DNA of 64,000 nucleotides. Source: Yuukianura sp. NJ FZ-2021. Lineage: Eukaryota. The translations under genes were made by a program, and so were the position numbers. Below, piece after piece: positions 1 through 13,823 of the stretch (the first letter of the stretch is position 1; the number at the start of each line of letters is the position of its first letter). Below the pieces are notes generated by a model that saw only the letters and a program-made list of their open reading frames with translations, was not told the DNA's origin and did not search any database. The stretch spans positions 992,001 through 1,056,000 of the forward strand of contig CM102288.1 of assembly GCA_046563655.1 (NCBI GenBank), written 5' to 3'.

Positions 1-47
1 AATTTTCTAAAAACTAAATTTTCAAAATTCGATGTTTTGATATTTAC

Positions 48-2388
48 CTTGTTTCCTATATGCTTTTTTGAAGGAAAGTAAAATGACCCAATAATGGGAT
101 CTTTCTTTTTCAACTCTTTATGAAAAGTGTAAAATTGAGAATAACGTCGGTAAACGTTCCATTCTGTGTCCTTAATTCGTAGAAAGACCTGAGAACACAG
201 AAAAACGTTACTAAAACGTATCCTACGAACTTGAAAACGTTTTCATCTTTACTTGGTAAACATGATGAAGGTCGTTTGTAGCTCCAGTGAGAAATGCCGA
301 CGGAATCCAAGTGTTGATCAAAATGCGTTCGTTAGTGGTCAACTGCCTTTGAAATGGAAAGTGTCTCTGTCCAGATCCAACTTCTGAGAATGGAATGTCA
401 ATGGACGTGTCTTCCCCGTCGTCGTCCATTTCTCCAAGTGGACCTCTTAAATCTTCCAATTCTGCACGCAGGCCTCTCAGAGCTTGATCTTTCCTTTGCA
501 GCACAGCTTGAAGATATGCATTGAATTCCATCAATTCTCCATGCATCTCTGCTACTTGAATTAGTTTCCGTTCATACTCGGCTGCTTCCGTAGATTGCTC
601 TGAAAAGAAAGAAAACGTTTGAAATACGAATGTTTCAAAAAATTTCAAGAAATGAAAATAAACGTTCTAAAAACGTTTACCATCAGCGGCAGAGTTTTCT
701 AGAGCATCAACTTCGTCCTGTTCAATCGAAAGTGAAATTCTTCTGACACCTCCACTTGCTCTTTCTTTGAGTAACTGCACAGCTCCGATGTACTTTTTCA
801 ATTGATGTCTAAGCAATTGATTCTCTTTTGTCAAAGTTTCAACCTTGGTTTCAAGCATTTTCGATTGGTCATTGTGCTGTCTCCGCTCATCTGCAAGTTG
901 TGCTGTAAGTTTGGCCACAATTTCAACTTCATGATCCAATACTAACTTTAACTTTCGTATTCTCTCGTCTGTTTCTGATCCTTGACTTTGGTCTTCCGGA
1001 CTTTCTTTTGGCGCAATCTTAGCCTCGTTAGGAAAAATTATTCCAGTAGTGGATCCACTTGCGGTGCTGATTTTATCATAGTCGTTTGAAAATTCGTCGT
1101 CACCGTTCGTATTGTAACTTGGAACGGGAATTAGTCCTTGGTTTCTTTCAGGATCTCCACTTAGAGAGCTATTGACGTCTTCAGATGAGCCGACGGGTTT
1201 GAGACGATCACAAGGCAAAATTGTCGTCAAACTTACGTTTTCCATGTCCAGTCGATCCGAAGTGTCAGAGTAAATGGACAAGTTATCTGAAGACTTAAGT
1301 GATGTTGAGTAACTGTTAGTGGATTTTTCTAGGCCGGTACTGGCAATTTCTTGAGGCAAGGAAGTTATCACAGCTGGAACTGAAGCAGTAGTATTGACAG
1401 TATTTGAAGTTGAAGTAACCGATTCATGTGGTAAACTCTGTCGATGACTCCTATTGGGAAGGATTGAACCAGGGGCGTGTTTTTCTGTAGGCGATGAGTT
1501 TTCGGCTTCATCAAATGAAACATAATCCGTTGGAACTTTCTTCTTTTTCTTTCCTTTTTTGAACTTGATTCCTAAGTGGTCTGGAATTGAGTCTTTCGAT
1601 AACAACCCCCCTGATTGAGCTTCAACTACACCATGCGTCAATTCTGGAACAGAACTTGCTATGGGATCATCATCCTGAAACACAAAAATAAAACTAGATC
1701 ATTAGAAAAAATCTAAAACTTTATTATTGTATTAGTACCACAGATGCCATTGTTTCGGATTGAATCTTGTCCAGAACGGGATTATCGACTATAAGTGCAA
1801 AAAGTATTGATCCAAGACCGGCAGCAGTTTGGGGCAAAATGGAACTCAGTTCGACGTCCAGCAGAAATGAGGACTGTTCGTAGAAATGACTCAAAGTATC
1901 GAATGACAGTATAACGTGAATGTATCTTTCAAGGGAATGTTCGTTAAGAGCTGCCCGGAGCCAAGCTCGTCCTCGACCTACATCAGTTCGGACGTTGTGC
2001 AGAAGGAGAAATCGTTCAGCTTCATGTTTCGATAGAAGTGATTTGATTAGATGCCAAAAGGAAGAGACTTCGGAGTATCTGAGACCAGGAACCTGAATCC
2101 AATTAGCACAATTAGTTACTGTGTAATGTTTCGATCAATTTGAATAAAGATTTTCCGTACAAGGTTTTCGGTCATTTGCCATAATCCTTTGGAGGTTTGG
2201 GAAGACGGCTTTTTAATTCCATGAAGAAAAACTGCTTCAAATGCAGAGCAAAGTTGGCTAATCAATTTATCATCTTCAGTTGCTAACTCTGTCCGTGATC
2301 CAAATCGAGATTGACAATTCTTGACACTGACCAGAAGTTGTGACAGGAGTTGCTTCTTTTCATCCCCCACGTTCTTATGAGTGCTCAT
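48..2388 (-). CDS. SNX29: Sorting nexin-29 (RUN + coiled coil + PX); multi-exon, 3' end runs off window start
   Basis: N-terminus MSTHKNVGDEKKQLLSQLLVSVKNCQSRFG..ELATEDD, RUN-domain exon (GRGRAWLRAALNEHSLERY), coiled coil YERKLIQVAEMHGELMEFN, PX start HHVYQVFLRIKDTEWNVYRRYSQF..FPSKKHIGNK; GT-AG introns. Confidence 0.92.
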
Positions 2389-3910
2389 AAGGTAAAACTG
2401 AAATGAAAACACAAATTAAAAAACAATTAAAGATTAAGTAGTTACTCCACTTTAGCCTAATGCTAAATTAGGTTATTGCTTGCTTCTCGCTGTCTCGTCA
2501 AACTGGAATAGACCGAATATGATTCATGACATGAATGAAAGCTATTTACTTTGTGGGCGTATTCATAAAATTCTAAACCAAAACAAGAGAACAAAAATAA
2601 CCAAACTGAAAAGTTCACGTGACTGTCAGATCAAGTTAATCTGGATTCTATTATGCTATATTTTTTGCACCTTATTCGTTGCACAATGATTTGCGTTACA
2701 ACAATGTCCAAGTGAACGATCCATATAAAAGGAAACGGCAAACAACTCAAAATGATATTTTCAAAGGAATTTTAAATGTGATATGAATTTTTTCCCGTGA
2801 TTGACATTGACAGACGACAGACATGGTGACATTCCAACTGAAATGAAATTGACAACACCCTTGCGATTGTAATTCGCAAATCAAGGAAATCAGGAAATGT
2901 CAACCCCATTTTGCGAATATGACAGATCATTTCTGATGAAAACATAAAACATTTACCTATTCTGTTTGGAAATGATGAAACACCAAGGTCAAGGCCAAGG
3001 GTGAAAGGGCAGAATCCCCGAATGTACCCTCTCCTCATCAAATGTCAACGAGATTGATCATATGAGACAGCGTTAGTTTAGTGTTGAATTGAACTGTCCG
3101 ATTAACTAACAAATTAAAAACATTCCTCAAATATTTAGCGCTAGCACATCGCAAATTGAACTTAGTATTTAAGTTTAGTTTTAAAGTTATCATTTTAAAG
3201 TTGTCAAATTCCAGTGTAAGTACTAATCAATTACCAAACTCTTGGAAATCGGTGAGTATGACCTGGATAGGAGAAGATCAAAACAATAAACAGCTGGGCT
3301 ATTTGGTGCAGTTATCTAGACCTAAATAGATAAATTACAGTTTACCTTTTCAGAACGGTAAAAACAAACTAAAAACCGTAATTCCAATTACTTTTATCTC
3401 CTCATGTTGTTATCTTATTTTCTTTTTTCTTATGAAAGTGTACGTCATTATTATTTTCATCCACAAATACATGTTCACCCATATCTAATATGGGCATCTC
3501 AAAAACAATTTCAGTACGCAAACGCAAAGTTGGTTGGAATTCCTATTGGTGTTAAACAAACTAAATAACTATGTAAGCTAATTTAAATTACATCATAAGT
3601 TATAAATATATAAATAATTAGCCACATTACATCATCAAGTTAAACCTAAGTTATCAGTACAGTAACTTATACGTGAGTAATTAATAACTTATGCCCAAAG
3701 CTGATGACATTTGATCAGTGAAAAGATAGTGTGTGGGTATTTTTGTGAGACCAACAAACATACCAATAAAAACGTAAAGATTTGAGTAAAAGTTAGAGCA
3801 GAATTTGGCAATAAATTTTTGAGACAGCGGAGAACCAGTGACGGCGCAGAACGCTTTCATCATTTCGACTGCATGGTCGTCAGTCACCATTTCCTATCCA
3901 ATTTCTTTAG

Positions 3911-3918
3911 TCTTTTTC
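3911..3918 (+). promoter_or_regulatory. Polypyrimidine (TCT / 5'TOP-like) start site of RpL10 non-coding exon 1
   Basis: TCTTTTTC upstream of donor GTAAGT at 3946; typical of ribosomal protein genes. Confidence 0.5.
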
Positions 3919-4065
3919 TAATCAGAGAATTTTAGACAAATACAAGTAAGTTGTGGGAGAGGTCACTAATTAAAGTAGTTTTAACACTAATAAATGCAAT
4001 TGAATCAGTATTAAATGTGTTTTACTGTAATCTTTCAGATTTGAGGAACTTATTCACCAGCTACA

Positions 4066-5205
4066 ATGGGTCGTCGACCGGCCAGATGGTAAGATCCGAT
4101 TTGCTTACGTTTTTAGAATGTTGTGGTTTTTTAGCGTAGTGGGGTCATTTGCTAACAAGAAAAACTTTTCCCGCGACCCTTTTAACTCGATGAGAAAAAA
4201 ACGTCCATTTGAAAACTTTTTCTTGTTAGCAAATGACCCCACGGTACAAGTTATGTAGAGCAATAACGTTTTTAGTGTTGATGAACCGATTATGCACTAC
4301 CCTCGGCTCTTAATCCAGATCGTAGATGGATATGAGTCAAAAGCAGTTTGTGCAGAAACTAAAGTTACCTTGTCGCCTTTTACATTGCTTGATCGATGTA
4401 AAAGTGAACTTCAAGTGTCATACACTTGTAAAATAATATAGATTTGGGTGTTCATAAGTTCTTTGTTTCTCTTTTTTATAGTTATCGCTACTGCAAGAAC
4501 AAGCCGTACCCAAAGTCACGGTTTTGTCGTGGTGTTCCGGATCCCAAAATCCGAATTTTTGATTTGGGCAAGAAGAAGGCTGGAGTTGATGACTTTCCTC
4601 TCTGTATCCACTTGGTGTCAGATGAATATGAACAGCTATCATCTGAAGCACTTGAAGCCGGCCGTATTTGTTGCAACAAGTACTTGGTCAAGTTTTGCGG
4701 AAAAGATCAGTTCCACATTCGGATGAGACTCCATCCCTTCCATGTTCTGCGAATCAACAAGATGTTGTCCTGTGCCGGAGCTGATCGGCTCCAAACTGGA
4801 ATGAGAGGTGCCTTCGGTAAGCCGCTCGGAACAGTTGCTCGTGTCAACATTGGGCAGCCAATCATGAGTGTGAGGTCGTTGGACAAACACAAGGCTGCAG
4901 TTATCGAGGCTCTGCGACGTGCCAAGTTCAAGTTCCCTGGTCGTCAGAAGGTAACGAAACCGAAAGTTTTTTGCATAATCGTTTCAGCGTGAATAGTTTT
5001 TAGATAAAGCTTTAACTTAATCTCTGTTTTTCAGATCTTCGTCTCAAAGAAGTGGGGATTCACGAAGTGGGAGCGAGACGACTATGAGCGTATGAAGGCC
5101 GAAGGTTCTCTGCGTAACGATGGATGTAATGTCAAATATCTTCCAAACCATGGTCCACTCTCAGATTGGAAGAAGGTCCAAGAAGAAATTGCAGGATTGG
5201 CTTAG
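4066..5205 (+). CDS. RpL10: 60S ribosomal protein L10 (uL16/QM); coding exons 4066-4088, 4481-4950, 5035-5205
   Basis: [37 protein letters not shown]...[23 protein letters not shown]; splice phases consistent. Confidence 0.98.
4139..4244. mobile_element. Short MITE-like inverted-repeat element in RpL10 intron
   Basis: 32-bp inverted repeats (4139-4170, 4211-4242) with one mismatch; TA at 4137-4138 and 4245-4246. Confidence 0.55.
4293..4427 (+). ncRNA. Candidate intronic box H/ACA snoRNA in RpL10 intron
   Basis: Two hairpins (TGCAC..ATCCA/TGGAT..GTGCA; CTTTTACATTG/CGATGTAAAAG), ANANNA (AAACTA, 4356-4361) between them, ACA at 4422-4424; ~135 nt. Confidence 0.33.
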
Positions 5206-5530
5206 GTTACTGTTTCAGTGTCCGTAACAATTCATTTCCTGTAAATCATAAGTTTTTATTTGTCTATTGCTCATGATTCAGGAAATAAGAAGTATGGTTC
5301 ACTTCCATCTCAATTTGTTTCTCACTTTATTCGTTTTTGGAGTTGAAACTTATTAGTTTCGAAATATGCATTTAGAAATTATGGTCCCGTTAGAACAATC
5401 AGCATAAAGTAAACCGTACAACCTTCTTAGTCACGCAAGAAGAGATTCTCCTGACAAGTAAGTTTGATTTAACTTTTTGTATTGAATCCAAGTGATTTTA
5501 ACGTTGTTCAAACGTTTGATTTTAGATAAT

Positions 5531-5884
5531 ATGAGAAGTCTTCTCGGTGTCCATGTTACTGCTGATGTGCTGAGTGTCTTTAGCCAGCTAACCACTGGAG
5601 AATTTGGGTATCACTTCGTCCCAGTTGCCGCCTTGGGGTCAGTTATCATGTTTTTGCTTGTGCTTGATGGTTTTGCGAAGCGTGGAATCCACTTTGGTCC
5701 GCCTGCCTTTCCAGTCTTTTTCTTACCGATTGGATTACTGCTGCTCACACTGTTCATCCCTATCTTCGCATTGGTACTTCCGTCGCTAGTCGTAGCTGGA
5801 CATCACGGTGTCTATCTGCGCAGAAACGGACGAGCAGCGATACATCGACTCAATGAACCCAAAATCGCTGAAGCGAAGGTATGA
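5531..5884 (+). CDS. Uncharacterised small hydrophobic membrane protein (117 aa)
   Basis: ATG follows a 5'UTR intron (GTAAGT 5458 ... TTTAG 5525); GC-richer open frame with 2-3 hydrophobic segments; convergent with DCXR. Confidence 0.5.
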   Translation: MRSLLGVHVTADVLSVFSQLTTGEFGYHFVPVAALGSVIMFLLVLDGFAKRGIHFGPPAFPVFFLPIGLLLLTLFIPIFALVLPSLVVAGHHGVYLRRNGRAAIHRLNEPKIAEAKV

Positions 5885-6019
5885 AAATGGAGCATTTAAT
5901 ATCACTTGTGGTGTTGCTTTTATTTAATCGGTTAGTTTCAACTTTTAGTTGGTGATACATGGCATGGACATGATCAATGAAAAACTGAAATATGCCAAGG
6001 TTGGGAATTCATGAAGTGT

Positions 6020-7447
<1,428 letters not shown>

Positions 7448-7750
7448 TGTTTCTTTAGTTCGTCTTTTGAAGGGTATGATTTAGGTAAACTTTAATTAAA
7501 GTCCGAACGGAGCCGAATGTTAGAAAGAAATGGAGATGAGACGAGAGCAGGCTGTGTTTATGCATATGAAAATTATCTCTAGCTGTCATGGGTGTGCAGA
7601 AAGTTAAAATGAGTTCAAGGTCACTCGACCCGTAATGCCGCCGCCACAAGAATTAATTTTGGTTTGATGAAGTAGTGTGGGTTTTGTAAAATCATTGCCT
7701 TTTCTGAATTTCAGATTTCATAGATCCTTGCTTGGAATTCAAGAAAAGCG

Positions 7751-8435
7751 ATGTTTCCGTTTCCTTTTGGTATTTGGGCACCGATTTTTCTGCCAGTAGT
7801 ACTGGGAGGTCATCACCGTAAAATCGTTCCCTATGATTTGAATGGACCGTTCAAGTAAGTTTACAAGTTGAACATCAATTCGCAGTTTCAATCATTGACT
7901 TTGAATCTAATTGTTTCGTTTCCTTTGCAGACAGATAATCATGAGCCTATTTCGTCTCGCATGGTCCTCTAAGATTCGGCTGCCATTGCTCATCACAGTT
8001 GCCTTCCTTGCGCTTGACGTCAATCTGCAAGTGGAAATCAATGTCTTCTGGGCTCCAGGAGATCGTGAAGGAGATGGAGGTGGGAGAGATGCTGACGAAG
8101 AAGATGAAGCCGAGGAACGACGACGCAGGCGACAACAAAATGGAAACAGGGCAACATGGCATGCTGCTACAGGAATGTTGCCACCAGTTGCTCCACTAGC
8201 TCAATTTGAAGATTTCGACGATACGGAAGGAGATGATGACGAAAGTGATACCGATTCTGTACTCTCCATTCCTGAAAACTTTCAAATTCCCATTTCTCGG
8301 TACTTTCTTCCGCGAGTTCTCAACCCGGGTCGATTCAATAACAATCCGGAACCAAGTGATGATCAGGATTCAGATTCTCGGTTTTCCGAAACCGAGTTTG
8401 AAGAGGCTATGGCTCGACAATTGGAAATGGAATGA
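7751..8435 (+). CDS. Uncharacterised protein with hydrophobic segment and acidic low-complexity tail; exons 7751-7854, 7931-8435
   Basis: ATG exon ending AA|GTAAGT joins in phase to TTGCAG|ACAG exon; long open frame. Confidence 0.6.
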
Positions 8436-9313
8436 GACCAGCAGTCCATACACATCGCAAATCACAAGTTCCGGCGTTCCCTACTGTACTTTGTACCACC
8501 AGACAAACCGAAGCCAGAATGTCTTCAGATTGAAATCCACACGGAAGTGCCATCTCAAATTGTAAAATGCCCGCCAGTTCACGTAATGATTCAATTACAG
8601 CCAAACTGTAATTCTAAACAGTCGTCTTCATCCAAGATGTATTTTTCCTTCGGAAGAGCTTAACACTTTCACATCTCGTGTCAAGTCATTTTTAGACAAT
8701 AAATGACAGATTTAGCATGTGGAGTGAAATTGAAGGTAATAAATTAAAACAAAGCTTAATTTATACAAAACTTAGTTTAATTTTCAGAAAAAAAATTTTC
8801 AGCAGCCTGAACATCTTGGCGAAATAGTTTGGCCGTACCGATTTCTTCGATTTAAAAACATTTTATGTCACCATTTGCGTTTCAGATTCTCTCGTAGGCG
8901 TTTTTCAACAGAAACGTGATCCATAAGGTTGGATTTCACCTTTAAGTGGATTCAATTTCAAAAAGTTTACTTTCTTTTCAATTTCAAGTGCTTTTCCTTG
9001 AGATGGAAAGTTGAGTTAAAGAATTCGTGTTGCATTGACTTTATAACACAAAAGGAAGTTCTAAATTGAGTTCAGTTTCAGTTCATGGTTAGGTGCGTTT
9101 GTCTCTTGGAAAACAATTGAAAAAACAAATCGGTATTCTTTGAACAGAGTTAGTTCAATTCAACTCAATTGGATTTTTAAATCCCCTTTTCCATTTGTTT
9201 TTGTTACCTTTGTATCCGGAGAGTGTCGTTTTTATTGAAAAAAAAGAGTTGAAAAAACAGGTTTTGAATTCGTAATTTTATGATCGCATCAGAATTTAAA
9301 AGCGTCACTTGCC

Positions 9314-10686
9314 ATGATGAAGTCTCTGCAAACAGTTGTGATTTTAGTGACTCTTCTAGCAAGTACTTCAATTTTTCTTACCTCAGTTTTTGAAGCTACT
9401 GCGGAACATAAAGTTCAACTTTTTCCAAATTTTTCTGATTCTTGTGGATACAGAGAGCGAGATTTTTTGGTTCTTGCGAAAGCTATTGCCAATGGACTCA
9501 ATTTTTTCAATCAAAATGTCCACAATTTGGTCATGGATGCTGGCATTGGAACTAGAATTATCGAACGTAAGAATTTACAACAAAAAAAAGTTTCATAAAG
9601 TCATATTTTTTGAAATTTTAAATTTTGTTTTTACAGGTCAAATCGGGGTCATACTAAAATCGAAATCACTTTCCAATGAAGTGTTTCACATTCTGAGAAA
9701 TTTGATGTCTACAGCTAGTACAATTTCGAACAAACTTGCTGAAAAACAGAAGATGGACGATACTTTAGACGACCTTGAAAAAAGTATTTAAAAAAATCTT
9801 GTTTTAAAAAGCGAAATTTAATAAAATTTGTTTTCCAGAAGCGTCACTCCCTTGGATTACTTCAGAACTGCTTTGGGCAACACCAAATCTTGGATACTGG
9901 AAAAAATTGTACGTGGATCCAGAACTTAAACTTGATTTGAGAACGGAGTATGCTGCTAAGGAAGTATTTGATGAACCAGCATCCGATGCTTGTATTGGAC
10001 AACTTTTCAACGGATGTACAGTTTCAGAGGAATGCAAAACTCTATTTTTAACTAAAGTTCGTTCCATGTACTCCGTAACACATCAGGTCATTTACTACCA
10101 TATTGCTGATCAGGTAAACATAAAAAAATTGGTTTAAAAAAAAAGTAAAGGTTAAACAAAATTTTGATTGATTTTTGTTTAGCTTTGTATTGACAATGAA
10201 GCGTTCCCTTTTGGCCGAAATTCCAAATTTTGGAAAACGTTTTCAGTCGATCTCTGCTCTCGAGTATTTTTGGAATCAAAAGCAATCGAACAAGAAGGGT
10301 TTCCTGCTGGATTCCGAGATATTTTTGCAGAACAAAGTAACAAATCACGCTTGAAAAAAAATCGCCTATGAAAAAACTAAAGAAAAATTTTGTTGTTATG
10401 TTTTTCAGTGATTGTTTGCAGTATGACAGGATTTGAAGATTTTTTGGCCAATACATCCTGGTTGTACGAAATGCTGTTTTGGCAGAATGAGTTGACGGAT
10501 GACATGGCTTGCTTTCCAGATCTATCACAAGATAATCGTCGATCTCATTCTAAAAAGCGTCGACGAACGAAAAGATCCGACAATACAATTGACTACGCCA
10601 AGCACAAATGCTCTGTTCACTTCTCATCCGTGGGAACAGCAGCATTGACGTTGCATCTACGTCACTTACTAGAAACTTGCATTTAA
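9314..10686 (+). CDS. UPF0764 / C16orf89-like (DUF4735) secreted protein, ~5 exons
   Basis: Signal peptide; SDACIGQLFNGCTVSEEC..YSVTHQVIYY; DIFAEQ|IVCSMTGF; LFWQ..ACF; CSVHFSSVGTAAL pattern resembles C16orf89 family. Confidence 0.75.
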
Positions 10687-10815
10687 ATTGTAAAATCAAA
10701 GGTGGTTGTATGTTTAATTTGGTTTTCAAATTCACTTTAAATTATTTACTTTACTTTAACATTTTTTGTGTTTATATTCCTTGTACTCTACTGAAAATGT
10801 ATGGCTAGTGTTATT

Positions 10816-11902
10816 TTATTTAGTCAATCCCAGTGCTACCAAATACAGTTCAGATGAATCTTGTCGACTACTTTTCGGTTTGACCCTATGAACTGTTTTG
10901 TAGTGACCTTTAACTTTCGTTTCTAGTTTTGACAAATCAGATCCTTGATATACTTTGGCAACAAACTTACTTTTGGCTCTGCCTTGCTTCAAAGCAAAGT
11001 CAAGACAAGACTCAACTAACTTACAGAGATTGGCTTGGTCGAAATCTGGAATCCCTGAGGCATTCGGTGCCATGTCGGATAACATGAGGTCAACAATTGG
11101 ATTTGAATTGATAGACTCTGGATCAGAGGTCACGTCACTTACACTTCTTGAAGTGTCAACTAATAGTTCGTTCCGAATTCGTTCCTGGACTTCCGGATTC
11201 GTAAAATCCGAATTTGAAAAAAATGTGGCTCCCGCCAAAGGTTCGATCGGAAGAAGATCTACTCCGATTACTTTACCTTTGGGTGCATCGATTACTGCAG
11301 AACAAACAAAAGTTATGGATACTAATGTAAATTTCAAGTCTAATTACTTTAACAATAATTAACATTTAACTAAAGATTACCCAATCCATCACTGTTGGTT
11401 CTCGATACAACGACTTGTGTCCATGCTCCAGGAGCCGCTCCGCATTCAACCACGACCATTCCTCTCTTGAGCAATTTGAACCGATCGTCAATTTCAATTA
11501 GCTTAAAAGCACTTCTTGCCCTGTTTCAATTTCAAAAGTAATTCAATTATGAAATTGTGTTTTTAAAACACGAAATACTACCTGTAATTAAGTTCTTTTG
11601 CTTTTTTGACAAAGGGATCATTCAAGTGCCGAGTGAGCCACTGTTGAGATGCTGCAGATTTTCCTTTGAGATTCGATGGTATCGTCTTATAATTGGATCC
11701 GGATTGATGGATAAGTCGCACAAGATGGATATGAAGTGAAGGTGGCAGTAGTCTGAAAAAGAACAAGACGAAATTATTTAATTTTTAGAATTTTGTGCAA
11801 GTTTTATGAGTTTTTTTAAATTGCAATTGTTTTTTAAAAAAAGAACGCTTTTTGTTAAGGAGTTCAAAATTGGCACCACCTTTTGAATCGTAGGAGAAAC
11901 AT
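10816..11902 (-). CDS. MRM2: Mitochondrial rRNA methyltransferase 2 (FtsJ/RrmJ family)
   Basis: SQQWLTRHLNDPFVKKAKELNYR|ARSAFKLIEIDDRF, VECGAAPGAWTQV, LSDMAPNASG, KPKSSRQDSSELY; first exon MFLLRFKR (ATG 11902) inferred from phase. Confidence 0.92.
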
Positions 11903-12137
11903 TTATTGCAAGGCGCGAAAATATTTGACTTTGAAAAATTCAAATTTGACACAACAAAACACAAAACTTTCTGGTTGACAAAAATAAGCCAATTGGAATT
12001 CACAATTTTTTTCAACAAAATTTTATGTTGAGGTGAGAGGTCAATTGGGAATTCTGCTATCGTCAATTCAAGAGGTGCCAACTGATTCAATTAATCACAC
12101 TGAAATGGTCTGGAGGAATTAGTCACGGCGAAACTGA

Positions 12138-13053
12138 ATGAGACAACGAATGGAAATCCTAGTGGTAAGATTCTGTTCTATTCGCTACTTTTTCTAAATG
12201 ATGTAAAGTTCGAGTTGGAACAGATTTTTTATCCAGAATTGGGCATAGCGAAATAACGATTATAAGGCACTGCTACTAAAATGTTCATTATTGCAAACAA
12301 TTTTTAAGTTGAATTTAATCATGGACGTTATTTCTAGAACGAGGAATTGCTGCGTGAGAAGCTAGTCCCGTGTCGTGAAGTTTGTCCTGTTCTACTGGAC
12401 GTTTTTACTTGGAAGCAAGATGTTTATCCGCTGATACTCTCGTCAATTGTAACAGCATTCTTTGGGTAAATTCGTACTATAGTTGTTTACGTAAAATCGG
12501 AAATAATAACGTTTTCAAAACGTTTGGTAATAAATTTTGTTTCTTTTCAGGTTTTTGTGGTACTTGGATCCTTCAGTCCTGACAGCAGTTTCTTTCATTG
12601 GACTTATCCTTACCGGAGCCGATTTTCTACTTCCTCTTCTATCCAAATCAGTCACAAATGTAGACAACTGGACACCAGAAAAGGAACGAAAGTTTACCAT
12701 TTTTATTAATCGAATTGCATACTACAGTGTGCAACTGTGGAACTTCAATGTCAGCCTCAACGAGTGGAAGAGAGACAAGCCAAACATTGTAAGTTCTAAA
12801 TAACACCACCAACACCCTCTGCAAATTGTCAGTTTTTGTTTTGATTTGGCAGTACACGTCATGCGTGGTCGTGGCACTTCTGTTCCTTGCCTGGATTGGA
12901 AACGCCGTCAACAACTTGTTTCTAGCCTATTTGGGAATTCTCTTCTTGACACTCGTGCCTGGACTGCTCCATCGTCGCATCCTTCATCGCCACTTCTCCA
13001 AGGCTGTTCTTGTAACGTTCAATGCATTTGGCATCAAACCTAAAAAATCTTAA
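12138..13053 (+). CDS. ARL6IP1: ADP-ribosylation factor-like 6 interacting protein 1 (ER-shaping reticulon-like)
   Basis: FTWKQDVYP..FLWYLDPSVLT..ADFLLP..WT.EKERKF; LAWIGNAVNNLFLAYL..LVPGL; C-terminal KKS ER-retrieval-like end. Confidence 0.88.
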
Positions 13054-13823
13054 AAACATGTTCATTTCAACATGAAATTTTAACTACCACACTAGTATTC
13101 TCAAATGCAAACAACAAAACTTCAAGCGCACAACGTTTAGTCAAAATTCGTAAATGTAAATTGTAAAATCAATTTAGCATTGCTCATTTAACTTTGTTTG
13201 ATGTGTTTCGTTTCCGCGTGTTCTCACAATGTCAACAGTCGCTAACTTGTGTTATCTGTGTAAAAAGTGTGACGTAACTTGTGATTTCCTCGACTTTACA
13301 AGATTTTAACTTCGCAACATTTAATTCATTTCCCATAAGATATTTCGAAAGTTTGAAGTGCATTTTAAAAAGTGCAGTCAGCATTTCTTGGAGTTTGTAA
13401 CTTCTTGTTAGAGTAGCTTTTAACTTTAATCGTTCATGAGCAGCTAATTGAATTAAAGGTTAAATTTAACTACGGAACGGTAATGCGGCAAATAGTTGAA
13501 TGCGGCGAGTTTGGGTAAACTTGTCGGTAAATTCGAGTTTTAACATTCATATTTGTATTTTCATTCACCTCATAACAGTTCCTCGGTCTTTATGAATTTT
13601 GAGTGTTAAAATCCTGGATGTGTCGAAGTTTGATGTCACGTCTTATGAATGCTGGAAATATTCATAAAGTGAATGACCTGAATATGTCAGTGACACGTTT
13701 CCATTGCAGCTATTAGCATTATGATTTCTCAAGTTTTGACGGAGTGACAATTTCAACTAAATCGTTCATATAACTTCTGTTGCAACTTGCAATCGAAAAC
13801 TACTCTAACTACTCGAAAAGAAA

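Noticed and set aside
2480..3890. ORFs 2480-2689, 2772-3041 and 3681-3890
   Set aside because: No recognisable product; region most likely SNX29 5'UTR/promoter shared with RpL10.
4278..4340. C/D box snoRNA starting at TGATGA
   Set aside because: No suitably placed CTGA D box or terminal stem found.
4418..4931. Antisense and alternative-frame ORFs over RpL10 (likewise over MRM2, chitinase and BBE)
   Set aside because: Shadow ORFs of real coding exons.
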